A stretch of DNA of 64,000 nucleotides from Okamejei kenojei (lineage: Eukaryota): positions 5,022,001-5,086,000 of the forward strand of contig CM069145.1 in NCBI GenBank assembly GCA_035221665.1, in the 5' to 3' direction. The notes below the pieces were generated by a model. That model made no database searches, was not told the origin of the DNA, and saw nothing but the letters and a program-made list of their open reading frames with translations. The number at the start of each line of letters is the position of its first letter. Within the stretch, counting starts at the first letter, position 1. Positions 12,423 to 23,942 of this stretch are shown piece after piece. The translations under genes and the position numbers were made by a program.

Positions 12423-13426
12423 TTACTTCTCAGATAGTAATAAATCGTCCACATACTGCAACAGCTGTGTCTCATCAGTCCTCGGGACGTCCTCTAATAC
12501 TTGTTCTAATATCTGTCCAAACAGGTTCGGGGACTCTGTAAATCCCTAAGGGAGTGTAGTCCACCGATACTGCTGTTTCCTTTGGGTCTCTGGGTTTTCC
12601 CATTCAAACGCAAAAAGGTCCCTGCTCTCTTCAGCCAGGGGACAGCTCCAAAAAGCGTCTTTTAAATCTACCACACTGAACCACTTGTGATTCGGGGGTA
12701 TCCGTCCCATTATGGTATACGGGTTCGGGACCACCGGGTGTCGCGTTCTAACTACCTTATTTAATTCCCTGAGATCCTGGACCAATCTGAACGTCCCGTC
12801 GGTTTTCCTTACGGGGAGTACGGGGGTGTTATATGGGGACATACAACTCTCTAATATACTGTCCTTTAGTAATTTCTCTATAATTGGCTGAAGTCCTCTC
12901 CTTCCTTCCATAGAAATTGGATATTGCCTTACCCGTACTATCTCACCTTCTTTTTTCAAAGCTATTTTCAAGGGTGGGATCTGCAGCCCACCCCGGTTTC
13001 CTTCCTTGGCCCACACCTGCGGGACTATTCTTCCCTCGTCCTCCGTGGTCAATTTATACAATTGGACTATTATCTGTCCCCCTACGGGGGCTGTTCCCAT
13101 TCCTAATTGGATTTGTAAGTCTCTCCCCATCAAATGTATCCCTGCCTGGGGTACCAAGATTAAATCTTCTATAGTTTCCCGATTCTCATATTTTACCACC
13201 ACCCCTTCTACCTCGGGTAATGTCATCACTTTCCCTTCTACCCCTGAGATTCTAACCTGTTTTTTTTACCCAATCTCATTCCTTCTGGTACCTTAGTTAT
13301 ACTCGATCTTTCTGCTCCCGAATCTACCATAAATATCATATCCTCTCCCTGGGGTCCTAATTTCAAATTTACCAGAGGTTCCCGTGTGTATCCCATACAC
13401 CCCAGGGAGCAGGACTCCTGACTCCC
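12423..13426 (-). pseudogene. ERV pro and N-terminal RT, truncated
   Basis: Protease FMVDSGAERS; RT FSVVDLKDAFWSCPLAEESRDLFAFEWENP...QYRWTTLP*GFTESPNLFGQILEQVL...LLQYVDDLLL; stop in LPQG and loss of homology after YVDD. Confidence 0.9.
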
Positions 13427-14887
13427 CTATTCTTCCTCCATGAGTGCGTACGACTGCACCTCCCGTCGTCGCTTAGGACATTTCCTCTTGAAATGACCCT
13501 CCTCTTTACAATAATAACACCGGGGTGGCCCCGTGTACCACCCTCCTGATCCTTGTTCCTTGTTTTCCCGGGGACCCCAACTTCGGTCCCTCCATTCACC
13601 TCTTCCTCGTCCTCCAATACTACTTGCTGTACTGCTTGCAACATCATTTTTGCTTTTCCCTTCTGTTTCTCCTCATCCCGTCTTACATATACCTTTTGAG
13701 CCTCAGTTAACAACTGATTCAATGGTTTTTCATTCCAACCTTCCAATTTTTCCAATTTCTTTCTAATATCTGGCCATGATTTTGTTACAAAATTAGCCTT
13801 CAACAACTGCTGACCTGCGGTCGTATCAGGGTATATCCCCAAATACTGCTGGACATTCTTCCTTAATCTTTGTAAGAACACTGTTGGAGGTTCGTCCTTG
13901 TTCTGCTGATTTTCAAAAGCCCGTTCGAAATTCTGTCCCTTGGGAACGGCTTCTCTGATTCCCTTGATTATTATCTCCCTGAGATCTCTCACACTTCTTC
14001 TGTTTGGTTACTCCAATTCGTGCAGTAATGGATATTTTACTGCTCCTGCTTTAATCCTGTAACCCCTTCTCCTGCCTGTCTGACCATCTGTCTTTCTTCT
14101 GAAATAAACAAACTTCCCCTTATTGACATAATTGTCTGCCAACTCCTTTTTTTTTTCTGGGCCCCATTAATTTATTACCCTTCTCCAACCAGAATGTTTA
14201 TCTAAACAAACCATAAAAGCTGCTTGTTGTTCAGCAATTAACTTATTTCTAATTTTGTTCAAAACCATTCCCCCTACAATTCCCAAATTCCAATTCCTAG
14301 TTTAAATACATACGACTAACAATTTTCCAAATTAACTTTACTGAAAAGAAATCTATAGAAGCCAAGCAACCTACATTTTCCAACTTCCCCTTTTTAAGTT
14401 GCGATGATACAAAGCGTTGTCCGTTACCTTACAATAACCTCCCCCATTGCTTACAATTCCTTAAAGGAACACACACAGACACCCTTACAACATGGCCCAC
14501 AGCAAACAAACCTATCACATATACAAACTTCCTCATTCATACAAAACCGGTTTTTACACACACATTACATTAGTTCCATTCTTACTTCAATGAGATTGTT
14601 TGAAACAACTCAATATTTTTCATAAAAACATTTTTGGCCCTAGGAACTGATCTATTTGTTCAGCCAGTCCCAAGGGGTCTTCCAATAAACTTTTCATCTC
14701 CTTTTTAAAGTTCCTCACCCCCATACTGGTGAGAGGCACATAGTTTCCTTACTCTTACCCCGGGTGTTCCCTTCACCCCATCCAACATTCGCCCCAGCGG
14801 ACTATCGGGCGGAATGTTAGGCTCCATATCAGTATGAGCCTCATCCCGGTTCCCCGGACCCTTACTCCTCCCGTTCTGGTTTCCCAT
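13427..14887 (-). pseudogene. ERV gag, interrupted
   Basis: MGNQNG...IPPDSPLGRML matrix start; capsid with QNKDEPPTVFLQRLR major homology region; CYYCKEEGHFKRKC zinc knuckle; ends in TAG-G (13429-13427) in frame with pro, as in gamma-type readthrough. Confidence 0.85.
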
Positions 14888-15153
14888 TACCTTGTCGGAC
14901 TATTCCCGTCCGACAAACCCCGGTCGCCCAGGTAATACTTAATAGTCGTTTTTCTTACCTGGGTCCTGTGCACAAGAATCACTCGACCGTCCCGTACGTA
15001 TTTACCTTACACCCCCTCTTGCTTCCCGAGTCTTTTCCAGCGGATATCACTCGCTCAAACTGCTGATGGCAAGCAAGGAGATCAGAGACTGCTGAAATCA
15101 GCAGGGTGCACCTTCCCCTCCTTCCTTGCCTCCACCAAGCAGCCGGAGTGGCG

Positions 15154-15171
15154 ATCGCGGACGAGCCCCCA
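15154..15171 (-). promoter_or_regulatory. Primer binding site, tRNA-Pro
   Basis: Minus strand TGGGGGCTCGTCCGCGAT, 17/18 match to the MLV-type Pro PBS TGGGGGCTCGTCCGGGAT, 3 nt from the 5' LTR. Confidence 0.9.
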
Positions 15172-15174
15172 ATT

Positions 15175-15819
15175 TGTGAGATACCCTTTATGCTCACAAT
15201 TAATACTCAAAGACTAAATCCTGGAAGCAAGAGATTTCTTTATTTTACGAGTCTGCAGACCGGGTGCCTCTCCAACTCGAGACACACTGAAGCCAGAGAG
15301 ATCATCCCCCTTTATACACAAAATCTTACATTCAATCTCCCCTCCGGACCTTTCTCCAATCAGGGTCGGAGGTGCACAATCTGTAGGTACCTCCCACCGT
15401 ACATCCCCTCGCACCTCCCATAGCATACATTGCATGTTCAAACATGTTCATGGTAATGAGCAATTTCTTGACCGGGGTGTGTTGTAATATTCATTTATTC
15501 TATTAAGCATGCTCAATTGCTCATGACCTGGCCCAGTTTTACTCGCCTCCTAGTGAACCCTCTCAGTTTTCCTATATCAGTACTAAAGCTAAGCTATAGT
15601 GACAAGGGTCCCATCTATCACTCCTTTCCACTGATGGGGATCTCTCTACATCACCCCCTTCTCTAGCTTATACAATGCATCTCTTCTTACTCAAGGCCTC
15701 AAGGATGGGTCTGGCAACCTTCAGACACTGCTGTGTCAGAATCCTCTCTCCAGCCCCTCTGTTTGAATTCTCTTTAAAACTCCTTTCTTTAATAGGGTTT
15801 AATCACTTTGTCCCTCACA
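15175..15819 (-). repeat. 5' LTR of the intronic ERV
   Basis: About 7 substitutions and one 2-bp indel versus the 3' LTR (manual comparison). Confidence 0.95.
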
Positions 15820-16379
15820 ACATCTACTTCAAACTAGTCTTTCTCCTCTATCTGAAAATCAACAGATATATTCGCAAATATGTCTATTTACAATACAGCA
15901 CTCAAAAATGTGACAAATGGGGTCACATTTCAAATTCCTTCAAAAAAAGTTGACAAGCACTTTGTTGGGTTCATGACTAACATAGTATCAACAACAAATA
16001 TAAGAAAAGATAGCATATTGATGGCAAATGTCTGAAAATGGCATCAGAATACACAAATACATTTTGTGTAACGGTTGTCGCGTGGTGTCCTCCAGTGACC
16101 TGGTTGGCACAGAAAGTATTTCTTATTCCTTTCTATGTTTATGAACAATAAATTGCAAACACCGTTCGCCTTTCATTCACCTGATTATGTAGTAGAATAC
16201 CGCATCCATCTGAGTGGACACCGCAACGCGTGTTACACATCATACACACAAACGTACGCTGCAGAGGACACTAAAAGGCTTGGTGTCCCAGAAAACGAAC
16301 GTTATTATTAACGAGAACCAAGCATTTTCACCAATGTGATCTAAACGGTACATTATCTTATGGATTTGAGCTATATCCA

Positions 16380-16662
16380 TGGCCGATGCACCAGCTTCTC
16401 ATTTTCACACCACAAACAGCTTACAATGGCTTGTTCCCTTTATCATCGATACTTTTTTGCATATCTTTCATTCATTGTTCTTTATCTCTCCACATCACCG
16501 TCTATATCTCTCGTTTCCCTGATCCCTGACCAGTCTGAAGAAGGGTCTCAACCCGAAACGTCGCCTATCTCCTTCGCTCCTTAGGTGCTGCTGCACCCGC
16601 TGAGTTTCTCCAGCCTTTTGTGTTCCCTCGATTCTCCAGCATCTGCAGTTCCTTCTTTAACA
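16380..16662 (+). mobile_element. Penelope-like element terminal repeat with hammerhead motif
   Basis: CTGAAGAAGGGTCTCAACCCGAAACGTC at 16535-16562; same family recurs throughout the window and follows GIY-YIG-type C-terminal coding at 39300 and 45570. Confidence 0.7.
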
Positions 16663-18395
16663 CATCAGATCATTTGATTTGGGCTGATTTTTTTGTAAGT
16701 AAAATGTCTCCGTAACGGTTGTTGCGGAGCTACCCGAAGTTGACACGAAGGAATAAAGTCAGCAACTTGGTCCGTACGAAAGGTAAACAAGAGACCGTGT
16801 GTTGCCAAATTGAAAATTGGCTGTTTCATATTTTTGATGACCGATTTATGTCAAATTTTTTTAATTAATTTTAAAAAGTCGGAAAATATATCGTAAACGG
16901 TCATTGCTTTTTTGACACCACAATGTGTTTGATATATTAAATTGGAAAATAAGTAAAAATAATTAACTCACCCAAAGATCACTACTACCATAGGATACCT
17001 TGTTGGGTGTTTGAAAACCATTACAGGTTTGGAGCCTCTGTGATTTAACTTACGGACCCCGATAGTGGTCGTTGTGACAATGGACACCAAGCAGAACGAC
17101 CGTTACGGGATCTTTACTGTACTGTATTACCTTTATGTTACTGTATTTTTCTCCTGGTATTGATGAAGATATTTCACTAGATCATTATCAAAACGTATAT
17201 GTATGAGGAGCCATATGAAGTTTATTTATGAATTAAATATTCATGACTAAATGAGGCAGAGTCTTTAATGTCACACTTTTGGTGTACAAAATGGTGGGAA
17301 AACTATGAAAATTTGTCTGTTATGAAAAACGTTTTTGACTTGCAGCCTTGAAGTTATCTAATTTATATCTGCTATTTATAAGGTTTCACATGATGTGTAG
17401 ATTTTTGTTAAGAACAGTGTATTGGTGTAAAAAAGTGAATATTAATCTTGTTTGTCAAAACTCTCCAGTATTATAAAATGACACATATGGAAATATTTGA
17501 GACTGCCTCTCCGGATTTTATCTCAGCGATGTTGGCCTTGACATTTGCAAGGAAATATTGGCAGATCCAAACATAGTTGTTGACATCTGTCCACTAGTGG
17601 TTTCTGTGCAAACTTTGGTGTTCCACAGTTGTTTTTACTTGGTTTTTCAACTGTGCACCAATGTTAGAGGTTTGCATGGGAGCTTAAAATTGTGGCGAGT
17701 CTCCACTAATTTAGGGAATCCTTTCCACTAGGGTTGCCTCTGATGGTGGGACGGATTCTCTAATCATTCTAAGTAAGAGGAACATAGTACGTGTGACAGC
17801 ACTGTTTTGTATAGACTTTTTAAATGGTTCATAGTACTCGGGGAATGATTGGGAGATGCAGCATGGAATAGGCCCTTCAGCTGACAGTCCACACCATACA
17901 TAAACTACTCATTTACATTAATTCCATATTAATTCCTTGTATTGAATTTAGATTTGTTTTTAGTTGTATTTAGTTTTTTTAATTGCTCATAGTAGACATA
18001 TTTAAAAAATATTTTGACAGTTGGTTAAGACAGAGGGGTGAATTATCCATCTGCTGTTTTGTTTTTTTTTTGGGCCCCAAACTTGTCGATGGGGTTAACT
18101 CTGGCCTTCCCACAGGATGGAATTTACTCCGACATTTGTTATTGATAATTTATTCTCTTCCAACGCTGCAAATCTCACTGTACCAATTGGTGCATGTGAC
18201 ATTAAATGTAAACGTGAAACTTGAAATTGCCTTTGAACTTACTGTTAACACCCAAGTCAAGTTATTGACAATGAATATATATTTGATTTTTTTTTTATTT
18301 AAATGGTAACTGTTTCCCTGGTTTCATTGGGCGTTGGAAGGCACCCATGCAGAATATAATTCTCGTTTATATGGAATTTATTTTCATTTCCATGA

Positions 18396-18611
<216 letters not shown>

Positions 18612-19056
18612 TAAGTTCTATTACATGTATGTTTCTACATAGCGTAAATGTTCTTATCGTGTTAAAATAGGCTTTCAATGAGTAATCTGACCTTTCATAG
18701 CTTTCATGCATGAATGTTTGAACAAGACATGATTTGTAACCAATACTTACAAATAAATGTCAGTTATACAAGTCAGTTATACAAAATAGATGGTAACACC
18801 TAAGGTGGTCAGGCCTATTAGTGTAGAGATTGCATTTCAACAAGGGTATGTTGTGCAGCCATCTGATTGTGGAGGGATTAGAAATAACTTGGCTGTTGAT
18901 ATTTTAGGAACATTTTCTAATGTCACACTTTCTGAAATACAGCTTTTGAAATATTGTGCCTATCGTTTTAAGCACTGAGAATCGTGAAGTGTGGTCCAAT
19001 ACATAACAGTCCTCGGTATCAAAAATATTTATTCTTAACTGATTTAAGAGTCGTGA

Positions 19057-19293
<237 letters not shown>

Positions 19294-20042
19294 TAAAGAA
19301 ATATTCCTTCACCGCAATTCTGCAAATGATACACACATACGTTTTATAGTGTTCATTCAATAAATGTTTTATTTGAGAATAGGATTTCAAGAAGGGAAAC
19401 ACAGCTGATTTAAACATGTAATATATTCACCTACCACTAAGAAATGAAAATTAATCCTAATGTCACAACAAATAAAACAATTTCCCATTATCGTAACTAT
19501 TTGGCACAGATCCCAAGTCTGATACCACATTTTGTTTGTTTGCTTTTTGAACTTTGAGATTTTGTTAAATATGCATCTGTAAATGAAGCCAAAACTACTA
19601 TGACACCAAGGGAAAGTGGCTTCTAAAACAAATTCAGTAAAATTAGGATAGATTCCTCCAAACTGATGCATATTCCCTCCTTGCCAGAACAATTTTGAAA
19701 ATTACTGTCTGAAGAAGGGTCTTGACCCAAAATGTCACCCATTCCTCCTCTCCAGAGATGCTGCCTGTCCCATTGAGTTACTCCAGCATATTGTGTCTAT
19801 CTTCAATGTAAACCAGCATCTACAGTTCCTTCCTTCACAGTTTTTAACATGTTTTATTTTAATTATAAATTGATAACTTGCTTTACTGCACTTTGCACAA
19901 TGGTTTTATTTGAATTCTGGATCCTTTTGTTTATGTATCTATTTAATTTAATGAGAATTTCAAAAGATTGAGAAAAATACTTGACATTTAATAATAGTTA
20001 AAACCATGGGAACCTTTAAAACTTTTTTTTCTCTCTTACCAG

Positions 20043-20102
20043 GCTTACCCAGAATATTTGATAACCTATCAAATTATGAAGCCAGAAAACTCAACTGATT
20101 GA
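20043..20102 (+). CDS. TNKS2: Tankyrase-2 last coding exon
   Basis: cttaccag acceptor; AYPEYLITYQIMKPENSTD then TGA at 20100-20102. Confidence 0.94.
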   Translation, partial: AYPEYLITYQIMKPENSTD

Positions 20103-20939
20103 TAGATGTGTGTACACAAAACAGGGTTTGGTACATGTACAGTAAGCCACAAAATACGTCCGATGCACTCCTTGTGTATTTGTTTTCTATGTGTAAATGT
20201 TACATTTTTTAAACCAAAAAAAACATTTTAATTGTGAAATCCGTGGCTTTGATACTGTACAAAATAACTTTATGGATTTACCTACCCATATTTTAGCACT
20301 TTAATAGAGCCATTCCAAAAGAATTTGTCTTTGCTCTTGGAGAAGTTGTGTAGTTATTTGAACAAAATTGTATTGATGCATTTGATTTTTGTGCTTCAAA
20401 GTGATCCATCCTGATATTCCATGAAGTCTATAAAAATTACATATCATCATCATCATCATCACATTTAATGTCACCATGCGTTTTCATTGTAAAAACAATT
20501 GTAAATAAGAATGGTTTTTGTATTGCTTTGATGTCTTATTTACACTGCTTGCATCACATGCATGTGCTGTTCTCGCAATGCAAGGACAGCCTATCTTTAC
20601 GACCTAGTCTACTTAAGATCTCACCATGCCAGGGTGCATGGTGAGATCATTGAAAATCAGAATTAAAAGTCCAAATACTATGCAAGGTTTGATATAAGCA
20701 GTACATCATTAAGTTGGCTGCACTTATTCAAATTGGCATGCTGAAGTAAAGTCCCATGGTGGATTAATGTGTATGTATCGTATATTTTTATGTTTGCATA
20801 GCATGTAAAATCATCCTGTAGTCTTTGTGGTGCTTTTACAAGGATTTGTAACTTGCAATGCATTTTAAGTAATATTTCTAAGACTTTTATAGAATTATTG
20901 TATTGCAAGTGAAACCTATTCATAAAACATCTTCCATCT

Positions 20940-20952
20940 AATAAAGATTAAA
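20940..20952 (+). promoter_or_regulatory. Candidate TNKS2 polyadenylation signals (AATAAA then ATTAAA)
   Basis: AATAAAgATTAAA about 840 nt after the stop, at the end of an AT-rich non-repeat 3' UTR-like stretch. Confidence 0.5.
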
Positions 20953-21190
20953 ATACATTACATTTCATTTCAATTATATGGTTCTATTGTTGCAGCTACA
21001 CAATGGTTCTTTAATGCAAGACATACAAAACTTCTTTATCAGCATTTGATCTGCAGTCTTCTATTGCTGTGCTAAGCACTAATCCAAATACTTCTTTAAA
21101 TGTCAGAAATATTTGCTTCCAAAATCTCACGCAGTGTCTGCCAGATTTTCCCTCAACTTTTTTTTTTTAAGTCTGAGATTCTCCCCCTAA

Positions 21191-21519
21191 TGGGCCTGTC
21201 CCACTTGCACGATTTTTTCGGCGACTGCGGGCACCCGTCATAGATCGCTGCCGGTCGCCAAAAATGTTCAACATGTTGAAAGTCCAGCGGCGACCAGACT
21301 CTTTGGGCGACTGAGGAGACTACTCACGACCATACAGGCGACACCCTGGCAACATGTCGCTAGGTGACGCCTGTATGGTCGTGGGTAGTCGCCCAAAGAG
21401 TCGTACCTTGTTCTGGTCGCCGCTGGAGTTTCAACATGTTGAACATTTTCGGCAACCTGCAACGATCTATGACGGGTGCCAGCAGTCGCCGAAAAAGTTG
21501 CGTAAGTGGGACAGGCCCA
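21191..21519. mobile_element. PIF/Harbinger (Tourist-like) MITE, largely palindromic
   Basis: TIRs TGGGCCTGTCCCACTT / AAGTGGGACAGGCCCA; TAA TSD at 21188-21190 and 21520-21522; long internal inverted symmetry. Confidence 0.88.
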
Positions 21520-21844
21520 TAACTTACCTTAAAGCAATGCTTTATGTTTTTCGACCTCTGGCCTGGGGTAACGTTTTTCACAATCTATTATTTTTAATGT
21601 TGCAAGAATCTGAAAGCCATAGAGCACTGGATCTCAAGGACTACATTTCAACAGGTTTTTCCCTTTATCCCTTTCTGCACTAAGACCTCCTTGAATATAT
21701 TTGTCTGATGTTCAAATCAGTTTTCCTGTATTTCTATTGATGCCACAAACTTATATCCTCAGTATAAAAATGCCTTTTAATATTACTGACCCCAACATGA
21801 GCTATAGTTTACCATATCCAATGATCATTGGTCTGACTCTGCAG

Positions 21845-22110
21845 TTTAGTTTCGAGATGGAACATTGATCACCTGTTCACAGTAGTTCTACGTATCCCAC
21901 ACTTCCATTCCCCACACACCAGAGGCAATTACAGAGGCCAATTAACCTACAAACCCACATATCTTTAGTATGTGGGAGGAAGGTGGAGCACCCAAAGGAA
22001 GCCACCACAGTCGCAGAGACTACATGCAAACTCCGTAAAGACAGCACCCAAGGTCATGATCAAACAGTGTCTCTGGCGCTGCGAGGCAGCAGCTCTACAA
22101 GCTGTGCTGC
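21845..22110 (-). mobile_element. tRNA-derived V-SINE (HE1-like)
   Basis: Minus strand: tRNA-like head ggcagcacagcttgtagagctgctgcctcgcagcgccagagac, then V-domain-like gctgtctttacggagtttgcatgt; (aaact)n-type tail. Confidence 0.7.
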
Positions 22111-22431
22111 CCTTTAACAAATAGTTTCTATCATGTTATCTTGACCATGGTGTCAAACTGTCAAAGTTCTCAAACAAAAAGGACCATATCTTGGTTAGAG
22201 GTTGCTGATTATATTATGAAAGATAATTATTGTGTCATGATCTAGAGCGCAGGAGGCTATTCGGCTCATTGTGCCTGAGCCAGCCAAAGAGCTCACCATT
22301 ATTTCAGCCCTAACTCTTAATCTTGCGTGTCCTGGTATTTCAGGTACAGTATACCCTAATTTTAACTGACTTCTCTGTGATGGATTTTGGTTATAGCGGA
22401 TATACTTACCAATGACTGCCTGCGCCTCCAT

Positions 22432-23897
22432 TGTTAAGGCTCATTTTCTTAAAACAGACAACTTACAATAAGTTAGGTAAAGCCAATACAAGCTTTAATG
22501 ATCATTTAGCTAGAGAGTGCTAGGAGATACAAAGTCAAGCATACAGCAGATACCTAACTCCTCCCAGGCCACCACTCTAATGAATGAAGACATACAGCAT
22601 CTTTTTATAGTATTTCAGAAACATAATCACATGTTCATACAGAGTTACAGCAATGACGTCTAACATATCAATCACGGCTCTACCCATTCAAAGCATGCTT
22701 GTCACTAATACAATACTTCTCATGCTATGGTTATATCAATCACAGACTTTAGTTACAAAACCTCCAAATAACAGTTTCTACATTTCATGTTCCTTTGACC
22801 GGCTAAGATTCATCTACCGAACATTTGGTTAGCTTATGACTTAATATTCTATAGTCTTTGTTACTTTTAGGATTCAAATAACACATATATTGGACGGGCG
22901 TTCCCCCCATCACTTTTATCCAGATTATTCCCCATAGATAGAGAGAAAGAGAAAGAGAAAGCAGACTTCTCAACTCTTTAAAGAAACCACGCCCTAAGTG
23001 TCTCAACAAGGCAGACCCGCTAATCGAGACCCCAGTTTCTCAACTTGGTAAACTTCTTAACTCTTTATAAAACAAAAAAACACTTATTTCTCAACCCGAC
23101 AACCTTGGATGTCTCAACAAGCCAGGCGCACACCTCGTCCCCAGTATCTCAACCCAACAAACCACAGATGTCTCAACAAGGCCGACGAGCCCTTTGTAGA
23201 GAGAGAGAAAGAGAAAACAAAGAGAGAGATAGAAAGAAAGAGAGAAAGGACAAAAATATATAGATAAAAAAAGAGAGAGAAACCGCTCAATCCCTCCTTA
23301 AAAATATACACAAGCCCTTCTTAAAAATACATACACAATTGGTCTTACCGTTGTCTGTATGAAGGATTTCGGCAGGGCACCAGATCAACCTACTACGAAG
23401 GACGCAAGTTTTCCCGGGAGCTTCTTTGGGAGGTTGGTCTCAAGGGGTCCGAATAGTGCACTTTTTATCCTCCCCATCAGATCCCGGACAAACTATGGCC
23501 TCTTACTCAGTCATCTGTTGATGGTCCCAGCGAAATCCTGCCGACTACGCCAATGTTAAGGCTCATTTTCTTCAAACAGACAACTTACAATAAGTTAGGT
23601 AAAACCAATACAAGCTTTAATGATCATTTAGCTAGAGAGTGCTAGGAGATACAAAGTCAAGCATACAGCAGATACTTAACTTCTCCCAGGCCACCACTCT
23701 AATGAATGAAGACATACAGCATCTTTTTTATAGTATTTCAGAAACACAGTCACATGTTCATACAGAGTTGCAGCAATGACGTCTAACATATCAATCACAG
23801 CTCTATCCATTCAAAGCATGCTTGTCACTAATACAATACTTCTCATGCTATGGTTCTATCGATCACAGACTTTAGTTACGAAACCCCAAAATAACAG
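22432..23897 (-). mobile_element. Internally deleted LTR retroelement, tRNA-Ser primed
   Basis: LTR copies at 22432-~22846 and 23554-23897 (second truncated; about 14 substitutions in ~343 bp); PBS TGGCGTAGTCGGCAGGAT at 23535-23552; ~700 nt internal with splice donor and a gag-like start. Confidence 0.85.
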
Positions 23898-23942
23898 GAT
23901 GTTAGTCAAAGGTCTATCATCTGCAGTCCCTTCTTAAACAAT

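Larger units (their letters stand above)
8611..15819 (-). mobile_element. Class I (gamma-like, HERV-I/IP-related) endogenous retrovirus, defective, antisense in a TNKS2 intron
   Basis: Two ~645-bp LTRs bounded by TGTGAG...CTCACA; 4-bp TSD ACAT (8607-8610 and 15820-15823); PBS-Pro; PPT; gag, pro, RT, IN C-terminus and env fragments on the minus strand. Confidence 0.95.

Noticed and set aside
23535-23552. tRNA-Ser 3' end including CCA
   Set aside because: Only 18-19 nt, adjacent to an LTR; it is a PBS, not a tRNA gene.
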